The position numbers and the translations under genes were made by a program. Shown here piece after piece: positions 1-8,016 of a stretch of 32,000 bases of DNA. The notes under the pieces are model-generated. The model was not told where the DNA came from and ran no database searches. It saw nothing but the letters and a program-made list of their open reading frames with translations. The DNA is from Thermofilum adornatum (GTDB taxonomy: Archaea; Thermoproteota; Thermoprotei; Thermofilales; Thermofilaceae), in NCBI RefSeq assembly GCF_000446015.1, contig NC_022093.1:1170001-1202000 (forward strand), read 5' to 3'. The stretch's first letter is position 1; every line of letters starts with the position of its first letter.

Positions 1-1
1 T

Positions 2-103
2 GTATGTGCTGCATCGGAGACAGTTTCGCTCTCAATACTCTATTTGGCTAGAGAAAAACACAGAACGATTGATCCTCAAAAAATCTCTAAGTTAAAGGGG
101 TGA
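2..103 (+). CDS. 3' end (partial) of an upstream gene: NuoK/MrpC-like small membrane subunit
   Basis: Frame 2 is open from the window edge to TGA 101-103 and reads VCAASETVSLSILYLAREKHRTIDPQKISKLKG. This resembles the AAxExxxGLxIL...D....LxG tail of NuoK-type subunits; compare the in-window NuoK tail ALSSVEVGLLISVFILLYRRSKSLDVYEIVGLGE. Too short for the ORF track. Confidence 0.4.
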   Translation, partial: VCAASETVSLSILYLAREKHRTIDPQKISKLKG

Positions 104-108
104 GATGA

Positions 109-1776
109 ATGAATCCATTGTACGTTCCAGTGTTGCTTTTCGCTGGGAGCCTCTTTAATCTGATAGTGGGTCGTTTATCAAGAAAACTATGTGAGGCAGT
201 ATCGGTTCTCATCACGGGTTTAGCTGCTGTTCTGTCTATTTACTTTTTCCTGTGTCCCATCGAAAACGGCTCGTTCCTGCCGATATATACTGATGGTATT
301 TCTCGCTTAATGCTCCTAGTAGTCAACTCTCTGGGCGCACTTATAACACTTTACAGTGTTGGCTACATGGCTAATGATACGGGCTACACGAGGTACTATA
401 CCCTGATTCTTCTCTTCATAGGCTCCATGTCTTGGCTTGTCTTAACCAGGGACCTAGTCCAGCTATACATATTCTGGGAAATGGTTGGTGTATGTAGCGC
501 TTTACTCATTGCTTTTTGGTGGGAAAAGCCTGAAGCCAGGAGAGCCGGCCTCAAAGCCTTTACTGTTACGAGAATAGGGGATATCGGTTTGTTGCTGGCT
601 ATAGCCTTAGCTGTTTGGCAGCTAAATACTACGGACATTTCTCAGCTCATAACTGCCCTCTCCAGTAATCAAGATCTTTCCGTACTCTTCTGCACCTTAC
701 TCTTTGTCGCCGCTATTGGTAAGTCTGCACAGTTTCCACTGTTTGTCTGGTTGCCTGACGCAATGGAGGGTCCAACATCTGTAAGTGCACTTATCCACGC
801 AGCCACGATGGTAAAGGCGGGCGTCTACCTCATAGCCAGATTCTACCCAGTAATCCAGCTAATCCCAGAAGTCCAGCACACAATTTCAACGATAGCTCTC
901 ATAACAATATTTATCTCTGCTATAGCCGCTCTCGGAGCATTCGATATCAAAAAGGTTCTAGCATATAGCACGATCAATCATCTGGCACTCATGTTTCTCG
1001 CGCTCGGAGCAGGCTCGCTAACCGCCGCAATATTCCATCTGTTTTCTCACTCACTCTTTAAGGCTCTTCTATTCCTCACTGCCGGCATAATTATACATGA
1101 GACTGGGACCAGAAGCCTGGACGAAGTTTCTGGGCTGTGGGCAAGCGGCCTCAAGATTTTGGGAATAGCGTTCTTTGTTGGGGCATTAAGCCTGGCAGGG
1201 ATACCTCCACTTTCAGGATTCGTCACAAAAGAAATGGTGCTAGAATCAATGGAACACTTGTTCCCAGAGGAGACAGTAAACTTGTTATCATTCATTATAT
1301 GTCTCCTTTCATCGCTCTACATATTCAGGCTTTTCTTCAGGCTTTTCGTAGGGCATTCGACTCGGCATCTACATGAGAACATAGACACTATGGTTGTAGC
1401 TGTAAGCGTCCTCATCCTATTGACACTGATGGCAACAGTCCTTATTTACCCAATTTCTAGCATTATTGGTCTAAACATAGGAGAACTCAAAGTCAACCTC
1501 TATGCGCTAACTGGAACCTTCTTAGGGCTCTTGATAGCCTACCTCGTGTGGTGCACGAATAAATTCACTATGCTAAGAGTTTCCCTAAAGCCCTCTGGCA
1601 GAATAGCTGACCAAGCATTCTATATAGATAGGCTATACACGTTTATAGCAAAGAAAGCCCTGAACATATTGTCGGAGCTATCTACAAGCCTACAAACAGG
1701 GAACCCATCAGTCAATACTCTTTGGCTTATAAGTCTGCTTCTTATCCTACTCATATTTATCTTAGGGGTGATTTAA
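109..1776 (+). CDS. Antiporter-like subunit, NuoL/ND5/MrpA class (extra copy, L-prime)
   Basis: 555-aa polytopic ORF. Motifs FWEMVGVCSALLIAFW and SAQFPLFVWLPDAMEGPTSVSALIHAATMVKAGVYL. Short C-terminal FYIDRLY helix plus a terminal TM segment. SD GGGGTGAG at 97-104. Confidence 0.85.
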   Translation: MNPLYVPVLLFAGSLFNLIVGRLSRKLCEAVSVLITGLAAVLSIYFFLCPIENGSFLPIYTDGISRLMLLVVNSLGALITLYSVGYMANDTGYTRYYTLILLFIGSMSWLVLTRDLVQLYIFWEMVGVCSALLIAFWWEKPEARRAGLKAFTVTRIGDIGLLLAIALAVWQLNTTDISQLITALSSNQDLSVLFCTLLFVAAIGKSAQFPLFVWLPDAMEGPTSVSALIHAATMVKAGVYLIARFYPVIQLIPEVQHTISTIALITIFISAIAALGAFDIKKVLAYSTINHLALMFLALGAGSLTAAIFHLFSHSLFKALLFLTAGIIIHETGTRSLDEVSGLWASGLKILGIAFFVGALSLAGIPPLSGFVTKEMVLESMEHLFPEETVNLLSFIICLLSSLYIFRLFFRLFVGHSTRHLHENIDTMVVAVSVLILLTLMATVLIYPISSIIGLNIGELKVNLYALTGTFLGLLIAYLVWCTNKFTMLRVSLKPSGRIADQAFYIDRLYTFIAKKALNILSELSTSLQTGNPSVNTLWLISLLLILLIFILGVI

Positions 1777-1777
1777 A

Positions 1778-3082
1778 ATGGAGGAACAATTAATCCAGTA
1801 CTCATTTTACGGAGTATTTGCAGTACTACTCACAGGTTTTGCACCTCGGAAAGTATCCCGCTATCTTTCAACACTACTATCCATAGGTACTTTACTTGTA
1901 GTGTCTATCATCAGTATCGAAGCAAAGGGGATAGCTGGCATCGTAGGACTCGTCTCATCAACTATCGGGATAGCAAGCATACTTTCCGCCCATGAGCTTG
2001 TAGAGGAAAACATCTCTCTACACGATGCATTAATTGTTTCAATCGCATCCCTGCTTCCAATCCTGCTTCTGAGCGATGACTTGGTAAGGATGTTTATTGC
2101 TTGGGAAACAATAAGCATTTCTATCGTTCTTCTCACGGCCTTCCACAGGGACGAGGAAAGCTCTGAAGCTGCACTCAAATATCTAACGCTCTGCGGAGTG
2201 GCGTCTCTAATTGCCCTTCTCGGTATAAGCCTAGTCTACTTTGAAACAGGCAGTCTTGTCGCCGGGAAAGTTGCAGAAGCCAGTTTACTAGCAAAAATCC
2301 TCATCCTGATCGGCTTTGGAGCAGAAGCAGCACTCTTTCCACTTCACTTTTGGCTACCCGATGCGCACATGGCGGCACCTGCTCCAGGAAGCGCTGTTCT
2401 ATCTGGAATCGCCATAGAAACAGCATGCTTGCTTGTATACAGGTTGCTAGGAAGAGATCCAACCATTGCTGGCATAGTCATACCCCTAGCAGTTGTAGGC
2501 GCATTTGTTGGAAACTTCAGTGCTTATAGACAAGTAGACATGAAGAGGTTACTGGCCTACAGCTCTATAGCAAATGTAAGCTACATAATGCTGGGGCTTT
2601 TCTCGATGAACAAACTGGCACAATCCTTTGCCGTTCTACACGTAGCTGCCCATGGATTCCTTAAGGCTGGCCTGTTTATTCTCTCAGGGCTCCTACTAGC
2701 CGAGAGCGGAACAAGAAGGCTTGACTTACTACTAGGATCACTTAGTTCTAGACCCCTCCTAAAAACGATATTTATACTCGCGGCTCTAGGTTTAACAGGC
2801 GCACCGCCCACGCTGACGTTCTGGAGCGAACTATACCTTATTGTTGGTCTATCACAGGCCTCATGGATCCTAGCCATTCTCCTAGCATTGGCAATAATAA
2901 CATCCTTTGGCTACTACTTTGCACTTATATACAATCTAAGCATCAAATCGACCCCTCAAACACAAACAAGTATAACCTCTAAGAGAAAATTCCCCTTATC
3001 GAAACTATCAATAATTCTCTTAGTACTGTCTAGCGTGGCTTTGTTCTTTTTCTATCAGAACTTGTTAAGCTTTCTTGGATAA
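1778..3082 (+). CDS. Antiporter-like subunit, NuoN/NuoM/MrpD class (extra copy, N-prime)
   Basis: 434 aa. Motifs FIAWETISISIVLL, FPLHFWLPDAHMAAPAPGSAVLSG and KRLLAYSSIANVSY. ATG lies 1 nt after the previous stop. SD GGGGTGAT at 1765-1772. Confidence 0.8.
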   Translation: MEEQLIQYSFYGVFAVLLTGFAPRKVSRYLSTLLSIGTLLVVSIISIEAKGIAGIVGLVSSTIGIASILSAHELVEENISLHDALIVSIASLLPILLLSDDLVRMFIAWETISISIVLLTAFHRDEESSEAALKYLTLCGVASLIALLGISLVYFETGSLVAGKVAEASLLAKILILIGFGAEAALFPLHFWLPDAHMAAPAPGSAVLSGIAIETACLLVYRLLGRDPTIAGIVIPLAVVGAFVGNFSAYRQVDMKRLLAYSSIANVSYIMLGLFSMNKLAQSFAVLHVAAHGFLKAGLFILSGLLLAESGTRRLDLLLGSLSSRPLLKTIFILAALGLTGAPPTLTFWSELYLIVGLSQASWILAILLALAIITSFGYYFALIYNLSIKSTPQTQTSITSKRKFPLSKLSIILLVLSSVALFFFYQNLLSFLG

Positions 3083-3128
3083 CTATTGCATAAAAAGTCT
3101 AACAAGATTTCGTCATAAGACAAATAGG

Positions 3129-3165
3129 CTTTTTATATATATAGAATCTCAGATATAATTTTATC
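3129..3165 (+). promoter_or_regulatory. Candidate promoter (TATA-like boxes) of the nuoA-N operon
   Basis: The 129-bp AT-rich gap after N-prime contains TTTTTATATATATA (3130-3143) and AGATATAATTTTAT (3151-3164). nuoA itself is preceded by GAGGG (3203-3207), implying a leadered mRNA. Confidence 0.35.
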
Positions 3166-3211
3166 ATGCAAAATCTTTTAAGCATTCTTTAACAGATTTT
3201 AAGAGGGTCTT

Positions 3212-3577
3212 ATGCTCTCGGATTCAGGAACAATTGCTCTAACCCTCCTCCTGGGAATTATAGCCGGGACGCTAGTTATAGTCTTGGCGTTTCTCTTAGA
3301 AAAAGGCCCAGAGGGAACATTTAAAAGAAAAAGATACGAGGCGGGAAACCCCCCTAAGGGAGAAGCAAAAACAAGGCTCCCCTTCCAGTACTATGGTTAT
3401 CTCCTGCTTTATCTGTCGCTCGAGCCCCTCGTGGCATTCCTATTTCTGTACTCATATATGCCATTGGAGACACTAACTAGATCCGCTATTGTGCTAATAA
3501 TTATTCTCGCAATGTTTCTCCCTGTTTTAGCTTGGGGGCTCAAATCTGCTGAAGAAATCCATAGGTGGGAAATATGA
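3212..3577 (+). CDS. nuoA: NADH-quinone oxidoreductase-like complex subunit A
   Basis: 121 aa with three predicted TM segments. YEAGNPPKG loop and FQYYGYLLLYLSLEPLVAFLF segment typical of NuoA/ND3. First gene of the operon. Confidence 0.85.
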   Translation: MLSDSGTIALTLLLGIIAGTLVIVLAFLLEKGPEGTFKRKRYEAGNPPKGEAKTRLPFQYYGYLLLYLSLEPLVAFLFLYSYMPLETLTRSAIVLIIILAMFLPVLAWGLKSAEEIHRWEI

Positions 3578-4089
3578 GCTGTCCCTTTGGCTTTGTAATG
3601 GTTGGCAGGCTTGAAGAATCAGCAAGAAAAGCTACCAAGTGGCTTGTCGAAAAAACACCTATAAGGTCTCTAAGGGACTGGGCAATAACGTTCAGTTTAT
3701 GGCCAGTCCACTTCACTACGTCTTGTTGCGGTGCAGAATTTGCTGCCGCCTCGGCTCCAAGATACGACGCTGAGAGATTCGGCTTTTTGCCATTCAACTC
3801 GCCTAGACAAACCAATCTTATGGTAGTCGAGGGAACATTAACAAAGAAAATGGGTGAAGCGGCCAAGATCGTATATGACCAGATGCCCTGGCCCAAGTTT
3901 GTGATCGCTATGGGAGCATGTGCAATTGACGGGGGCCTCTTTTATAACAGCTACAATATAGTGAGACCTAAAGATATCCTCCCAGTAGAATATTATATCC
4001 CTGGTTGCCCACCGAGACCCGAAGCAGTAGCACAGGCAATAATAATGTTACAGGAAAAGGTGAGGAAGGGTGAATGGAGAAAAGCCTAG
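3574..4089 (+). CDS. nuoB: Complex I-like subunit B (20 kDa, [4Fe-4S] N2-type)
   Basis: Cluster ligand motifs TSCCGAEF, GACAIDGG and IPGCPPRPE. I prefer ATG 3574 (ATGA overlap with the nuoA stop; SD AGGTGGG at 3563-3569) over the track's GTG 3565, which lies inside that SD. Confidence 0.9.
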   Translation: MSCPFGFVMVGRLEESARKATKWLVEKTPIRSLRDWAITFSLWPVHFTTSCCGAEFAAASAPRYDAERFGFLPFNSPRQTNLMVVEGTLTKKMGEAAKIVYDQMPWPKFVIAMGACAIDGGLFYNSYNIVRPKDILPVEYYIPGCPPRPEAVAQAIIMLQEKVRKGEWRKA

Positions 4090-4555
4090 CTGGCTTATAG
4101 AAATGTTTTCAAAGCTTTCAGAGCTAGGAATAAAGCTCGAGGAAGCCAAGAATGTATTGAAAATGGAAGTTTCCCCTGAATCTCTACGGGAAGCCGCCAA
4201 GATACTCATTCAATATGGCTATGATCATTTGGCATCAATAAGCGGCGTTGATTGGCCCACAAAGGGAACCATTGAAGTTATCTATTTTGCCGAGAGCTAC
4301 GAGCCAGAAAAAAGAGGCATCCTCATCGAGTTAAAAACTGCCACAAGCCGGGAGAATCCTAAGCTCCCCTCACTTATAGACCTGTGGCCAAACGCTCTGC
4401 TCTTGGAGCGTGAAACATGGGAAATGTTTGGAGTTGTATTTGAGGGGAACCCAGACCTCCGCAGGCTTCTCTTGCCTCCCGACTGGTCTGGTCCCCCACC
4501 TCTAAGAAAAGACTACAAGGTAGTAGAGGAGGGTATATATGTTGAGTATGAGTAG
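4070..4555 (+). CDS. nuoC: Complex I-like subunit C (30 kDa)
   Basis: 161 aa. LLERETWEMFGVVFEGNPDLRRLLLP is the NuoC signature. SD AGGTGAGG at 4058-4065 precedes GTG 4070. ATG 4103 is an alternative start. Confidence 0.85.
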   Translation: MNGEKPSWLIEMFSKLSELGIKLEEAKNVLKMEVSPESLREAAKILIQYGYDHLASISGVDWPTKGTIEVIYFAESYEPEKRGILIELKTATSRENPKLPSLIDLWPNALLLERETWEMFGVVFEGNPDLRRLLLPPDWSGPPPLRKDYKVVEEGIYVEYE

Positions 4556-5753
4556 CGAGTTTGTCTCTTCAAGGCTACTCTTCAAGGAGGGCGACGAGAG
4601 CACATACGAGCTCTTCATTGGTCCACAGCACCCATCCTCTGGACACATGAGGTTCATTGTGAGACTTAAAGGGGACATAATCGTCTCGGTAGACCCCGAC
4701 ATAGGCTATGTCCACAGGACAATGGAAAAGCTAGCAGAGGGACGGGAAGCAATCAAAGCTATACCCCTACTGGAAAGGCTCACTATAATCGACTCACATA
4801 ATGCCACCGTTGCCCTGGTAACTGCCCTCGAGAGACTGCTCGACGCAGAGCCACCTCCCAGAGCTCTCTACTTGAGAACTCTCCTCTCAGAGATAAATCG
4901 TATTGCAAGCCACCTCTATGGAATGGGAATAGCAGGGATAATGCTAAACCACTCGACAATGTTCATGTGGGCGTTCGGGGATCGTGAGGTCTGGATACAG
5001 CTGGCAGAAGAGCTGACTGGCGCCAGGCTTACGCATACGTATAGCATACCGGGGGGAGTAAGAAGAGATCTTCCACAGGGTTTCAAAGAGAAATTCGAAA
5101 AGGCGGCGCGCTACATGGAGAAGAGGTTGCAGGAATACATGAAAATATTTCTCCTCAACCCCCAGATCGCGTCCAGGTACGAAGGAGTCGGAATCCTAAA
5201 GAAGAGCGAGGCGCAAAGACTTGGCATAGTCGGCCCCAACCTCAGGGCAAGCGGTGTCAAGTACGACGCGAGGCTCGCAGATGACTATGGGGCATACAAG
5301 GAACTAGAATTCGAGGTGCCAGTAAGGGAGGAAGGCGACTGTATGGCTAGGATGCTCGTGAGAGTAGAAGAGATCAAGCAGAGCCTATCCATTATCAGGC
5401 AGGTTCTAGAAAAGATGCCAAGTGGACCCATATTTGCAGAGAAATACTTGAAGCTCCTGCCGCCAAAGACGCGTGAACAAGTTCTCAAAACCGGCCACGT
5501 TAAATTCCCAGGGCTTTTTGCATCCCTAAAATTGCCGGCTGGAGAAGCAGTGGCCAGGGCAGAGATGGGCCACGGAGAAATATTCTACCACATAGTAAGC
5601 GACGGTTCTACAAAGCCCTATCGCTTGAGGGTTGTTACGCCATCGTTTAGAAACGTGATACTTTTCCGCTACCTGCCGCCCGGGCACAGGTTTATGGATT
5701 TCCCAGCTATATATGGGAGTCTGGATTACTTCCCACCAGAAGCAGATAGGTGA
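4539..5753 (+). CDS. nuoD: Complex I-like subunit D (49 kDa)
   Basis: 404 aa. Motifs GPQHPSSGH and IGYVHRTMEKLAE, with C-terminal GSLDYFPPEADR. No RxCGxC or DPCxxC NiFe ligand motifs. SD GAGGAGGG at 4526-4533. Confidence 0.9.
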   Translation: MLSMSSEFVSSRLLFKEGDESTYELFIGPQHPSSGHMRFIVRLKGDIIVSVDPDIGYVHRTMEKLAEGREAIKAIPLLERLTIIDSHNATVALVTALERLLDAEPPPRALYLRTLLSEINRIASHLYGMGIAGIMLNHSTMFMWAFGDREVWIQLAEELTGARLTHTYSIPGGVRRDLPQGFKEKFEKAARYMEKRLQEYMKIFLLNPQIASRYEGVGILKKSEAQRLGIVGPNLRASGVKYDARLADDYGAYKELEFEVPVREEGDCMARMLVRVEEIKQSLSIIRQVLEKMPSGPIFAEKYLKLLPPKTREQVLKTGHVKFPGLFASLKLPAGEAVARAEMGHGEIFYHIVSDGSTKPYRLRVVTPSFRNVILFRYLPPGHRFMDFPAIYGSLDYFPPEADR

Positions 5754-5758
5754 GAACT

Positions 5759-6772
5759 ATGGATATAATTGGTTTTATAGTCAAGTTGTTTTTGTCCCCC
5801 CAGGTATTTGCGCCCATAGTGTTTCCAGGACTCCTTACAGCCCTCGTTGTCCTACTGATAATAATCTGGGCCGAGAGGAAAATCGCTGCCAGGATACAGA
5901 TGCGTGTAGGGCCCTTATATGTGACACGCCACCTGGGAGGAGTGCTCCAGATGCTTGCCGATGGAACAAGGTACATGTTCCAAGAATTCATTGTACCCGA
6001 AACAGCGGACAGGATACCATTTATTGTTGCGCCAATCCTAGCATTGACCTTGGCGATACTTCCATTTGCATTTATACCCTCAGCTCCTGGGTTCTCCCCT
6101 ATATCTTCGCCCCTAACATTGCCCGCGGTTCTAGCTGTCATCTCTGCGATACCAATCTCTGTTTTGCTAATGGGATGGGCTTCTAATAACAAGTTCTCTA
6201 TACAGGGAGCCGTAAGAGAGGCTTTTATGTCTCTAGGATACGAGGTCCCGCTCTTTATTTCCGCTATCTCTATGTCTATTCTGTATGGGACAATGAGCCT
6301 AGAAGAAATGGTGACTAAGCAATTTATTCCGGGGCTTATTCTTAACCCGATAGCGGCCTTTACTTTTCTAGTAAGCATGATTATGAGTGCAGGCAAACTG
6401 CCTTTCGACATAGTTGAGGGAGAACAAGAGATCGTAGCAGGTCCCTACGTTGAGTATACGGGCATAATTTTTGGGATAGGGATGGGTCTTGCATACCTAA
6501 AGCTCTACGCCCTGTCATTGATCTACACAATAATCTTTTTGTCAGGCTGGGAGCCTCTTCCCAAGCTACTCTATGATATCTATCCAGGCATAGCAGGCAT
6601 ATTCCTCTTTGTGAAGGCATTCCTCCTAATGCTCTTCATAGTGTTTCTAAGATCTGTATACGGGAGATATAGGCTTGACCAAGCTTTGAAGATAGGTTGG
6701 CGTGTATACTTTGTTATGTCTATTGTTTCCCTCATACTTTCGTTGGGGGTAAGGGTGATCCTAAATGTCTAA
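5759..6772 (+). CDS. nuoH: Complex I-like subunit H (ND1)
   Basis: Motifs AERKIAARIQMRVGP and LPFDIVEGEQEIVAGPYVEYTG; polytopic. I prefer ATG 5759 (SD AGGTGA at 5748-5753, 5-nt spacer) over GTG 5750, which lies inside the SD. Confidence 0.9.
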   Translation: MDIIGFIVKLFLSPQVFAPIVFPGLLTALVVLLIIIWAERKIAARIQMRVGPLYVTRHLGGVLQMLADGTRYMFQEFIVPETADRIPFIVAPILALTLAILPFAFIPSAPGFSPISSPLTLPAVLAVISAIPISVLLMGWASNNKFSIQGAVREAFMSLGYEVPLFISAISMSILYGTMSLEEMVTKQFIPGLILNPIAAFTFLVSMIMSAGKLPFDIVEGEQEIVAGPYVEYTGIIFGIGMGLAYLKLYALSLIYTIIFLSGWEPLPKLLYDIYPGIAGIFLFVKAFLLMLFIVFLRSVYGRYRLDQALKIGWRVYFVMSIVSLILSLGVRVILNV

Positions 6773-7241
6773 TCCAGTTAAGAATTTCCCCAGGCATATC
6801 GAAGCTATATGGACAGGGCTAAAGTACCTCGTAAAGCCCAACAGAATGACTGTATACTATCCTGAATACTTTGTTGAGCCTCCAGAAGGCTACAGGGGGT
6901 TAATAAGGTACTATCCAGACAAATGTATACAATGCGGTCTATGCGCAATGGTTTGCCCAGCAGGCGCAATGAAGATGTACGTTAAGAAGGGAGAAAAGAA
7001 GGGAAGACCAGGAGTGAACTATCAGAGATGCATATTCTGCGGCTTCTGCGTTGACATTTGTCCACAGGACGCACTCGAAATGACAAAGATCCATGACGTT
7101 GCATTTGAAAGGTTTGAGGATCTTGTCTTCCCGCCAGAGAAAATGGCTCTTGAGCCTGTTTCTCCAGCACTAAAGATGGGGGCTAAAAAGGTTAAACCTG
7201 TATTTGATGAAGAGAGGGGGTTGAGGCATGAGTCTGCCTGA
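6765..7241 (+). CDS. nuoI: Complex I-like subunit I (2x[4Fe-4S] ferredoxin-type)
   Basis: Two CxxCxxCxxxCP motifs: CIQCGLCAMVCP and CIFCGFCVDICP. SD GGGTGATC at 6753-6760. Confidence 0.9.
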   Translation: MSNPVKNFPRHIEAIWTGLKYLVKPNRMTVYYPEYFVEPPEGYRGLIRYYPDKCIQCGLCAMVCPAGAMKMYVKKGEKKGRPGVNYQRCIFCGFCVDICPQDALEMTKIHDVAFERFEDLVFPPEKMALEPVSPALKMGAKKVKPVFDEERGLRHESA

Positions 7242-7722
7242 ATTCAGCCTTGTGTATGTTCTAGCCGCCGGCACGGTAGCGGTAATAGCGGCAATTCTAT
7301 CTGTAAAAGCACGGGAAGACTTCTACTCAGCAATCCTGCTTGGAATCGTGGGCCTAGCCATAGCATCTTTAATTGCGCTTTTAGGCTTCCCATATGTCGG
7401 GATATTCCAGGCACTGGTATATGTAGGGGCAACTGTCATGTTTGTGATTATGGGTGTCGTTTTTATTGGTAGAGGGATGGTTTCGGAGAAGAAAATGATT
7501 CTTCCAGCTGTCCTAGTAGCTGTCCTGGGATTTTTCTCGGTGCTACAGATACTAGTCTCGCCACTTGCTCAGCAGGTAACTACTGTGAATACTGCCCTCA
7601 GTCTAGAAGGGCTATTGAAAGTTTTCTCAGAGAATTTGCTTGCATTCTTCTACTTGTCTCTCTCGCTTCTTGCTCTCTTGTTAGCTGGCATATCAATAGC
7701 TAGGGGTGAGACAAATGAATGA
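7228..7722 (+). CDS. nuoJ: Complex I-like subunit J (ND6)
   Basis: 164-aa hydrophobic protein. VYVGATVMFVIMGVVF segment typical of NuoJ. Sits between nuoI and nuoK. Confidence 0.8.
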   Translation: MSLPEFSLVYVLAAGTVAVIAAILSVKAREDFYSAILLGIVGLAIASLIALLGFPYVGIFQALVYVGATVMFVIMGVVFIGRGMVSEKKMILPAVLVAVLGFFSVLQILVSPLAQQVTTVNTALSLEGLLKVFSENLLAFFYLSLSLLALLLAGISIARGETNE

Positions 7723-8014
7723 CTTGATTTTTCTAGTAGTCTCCTCAATGCTCTTCAGCATAGGTCTGGTAGGTGCTGTCATCCATAGAAGTGCGGTCAG
7801 AGTGATGATTTCTTTAGAGATAATGTTCAACGGAGTCCTACTGGCGCTATTAACTCTTTCTAAGTACTTTAATCCTCTGGGCGGAAGCATCCTGGCCCTC
7901 TATGCGATCGCTTTGAGCTCTGTAGAGGTGGGGCTCCTTATTTCTGTATTTATCCTCCTGTATAGGAGGAGTAAAAGTCTGGATGTTTATGAAATAGTTG
8001 GTTTGGGTGAGTAA
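7715..8014 (+). CDS. nuoK: Complex I-like subunit K (ND4L)
   Basis: About 99 aa with three TM segments. SLEIMFNGVLLAL and SSVEVGLLISV motifs. ATG 7715 is preferred (SD GGGGTGAG at 7703-7710) over GTG 7706, which lies inside the SD. Confidence 0.85.
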   Translation: MNDLIFLVVSSMLFSIGLVGAVIHRSAVRVMISLEIMFNGVLLALLTLSKYFNPLGGSILALYAIALSSVEVGLLISVFILLYRRSKSLDVYEIVGLGE

Positions 8015-8016
8015 AA

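Noticed and set aside
4539-5753. Possibility that the NuoD-like gene is a group-4 [NiFe]-hydrogenase large subunit (Mbh/Ech-type)
   Set aside because: No N-terminal RxCGxC motif is present. The C-terminus reads DYFPPEADR rather than DPCxxCxxR/H. The operon also contains NuoA, J, K, L, M and N, typical of Nuo/Fpo-type complexes.
5707-6411. 234-aa ORF antisense to nuoH (and the 157-aa alternative-frame ORF 5713-6186)
   Set aside because: It lies entirely within a gene with strong NuoH motifs. The sequence is low-complexity with no start signals. Long antisense frames like this are a common by-product of codon bias.
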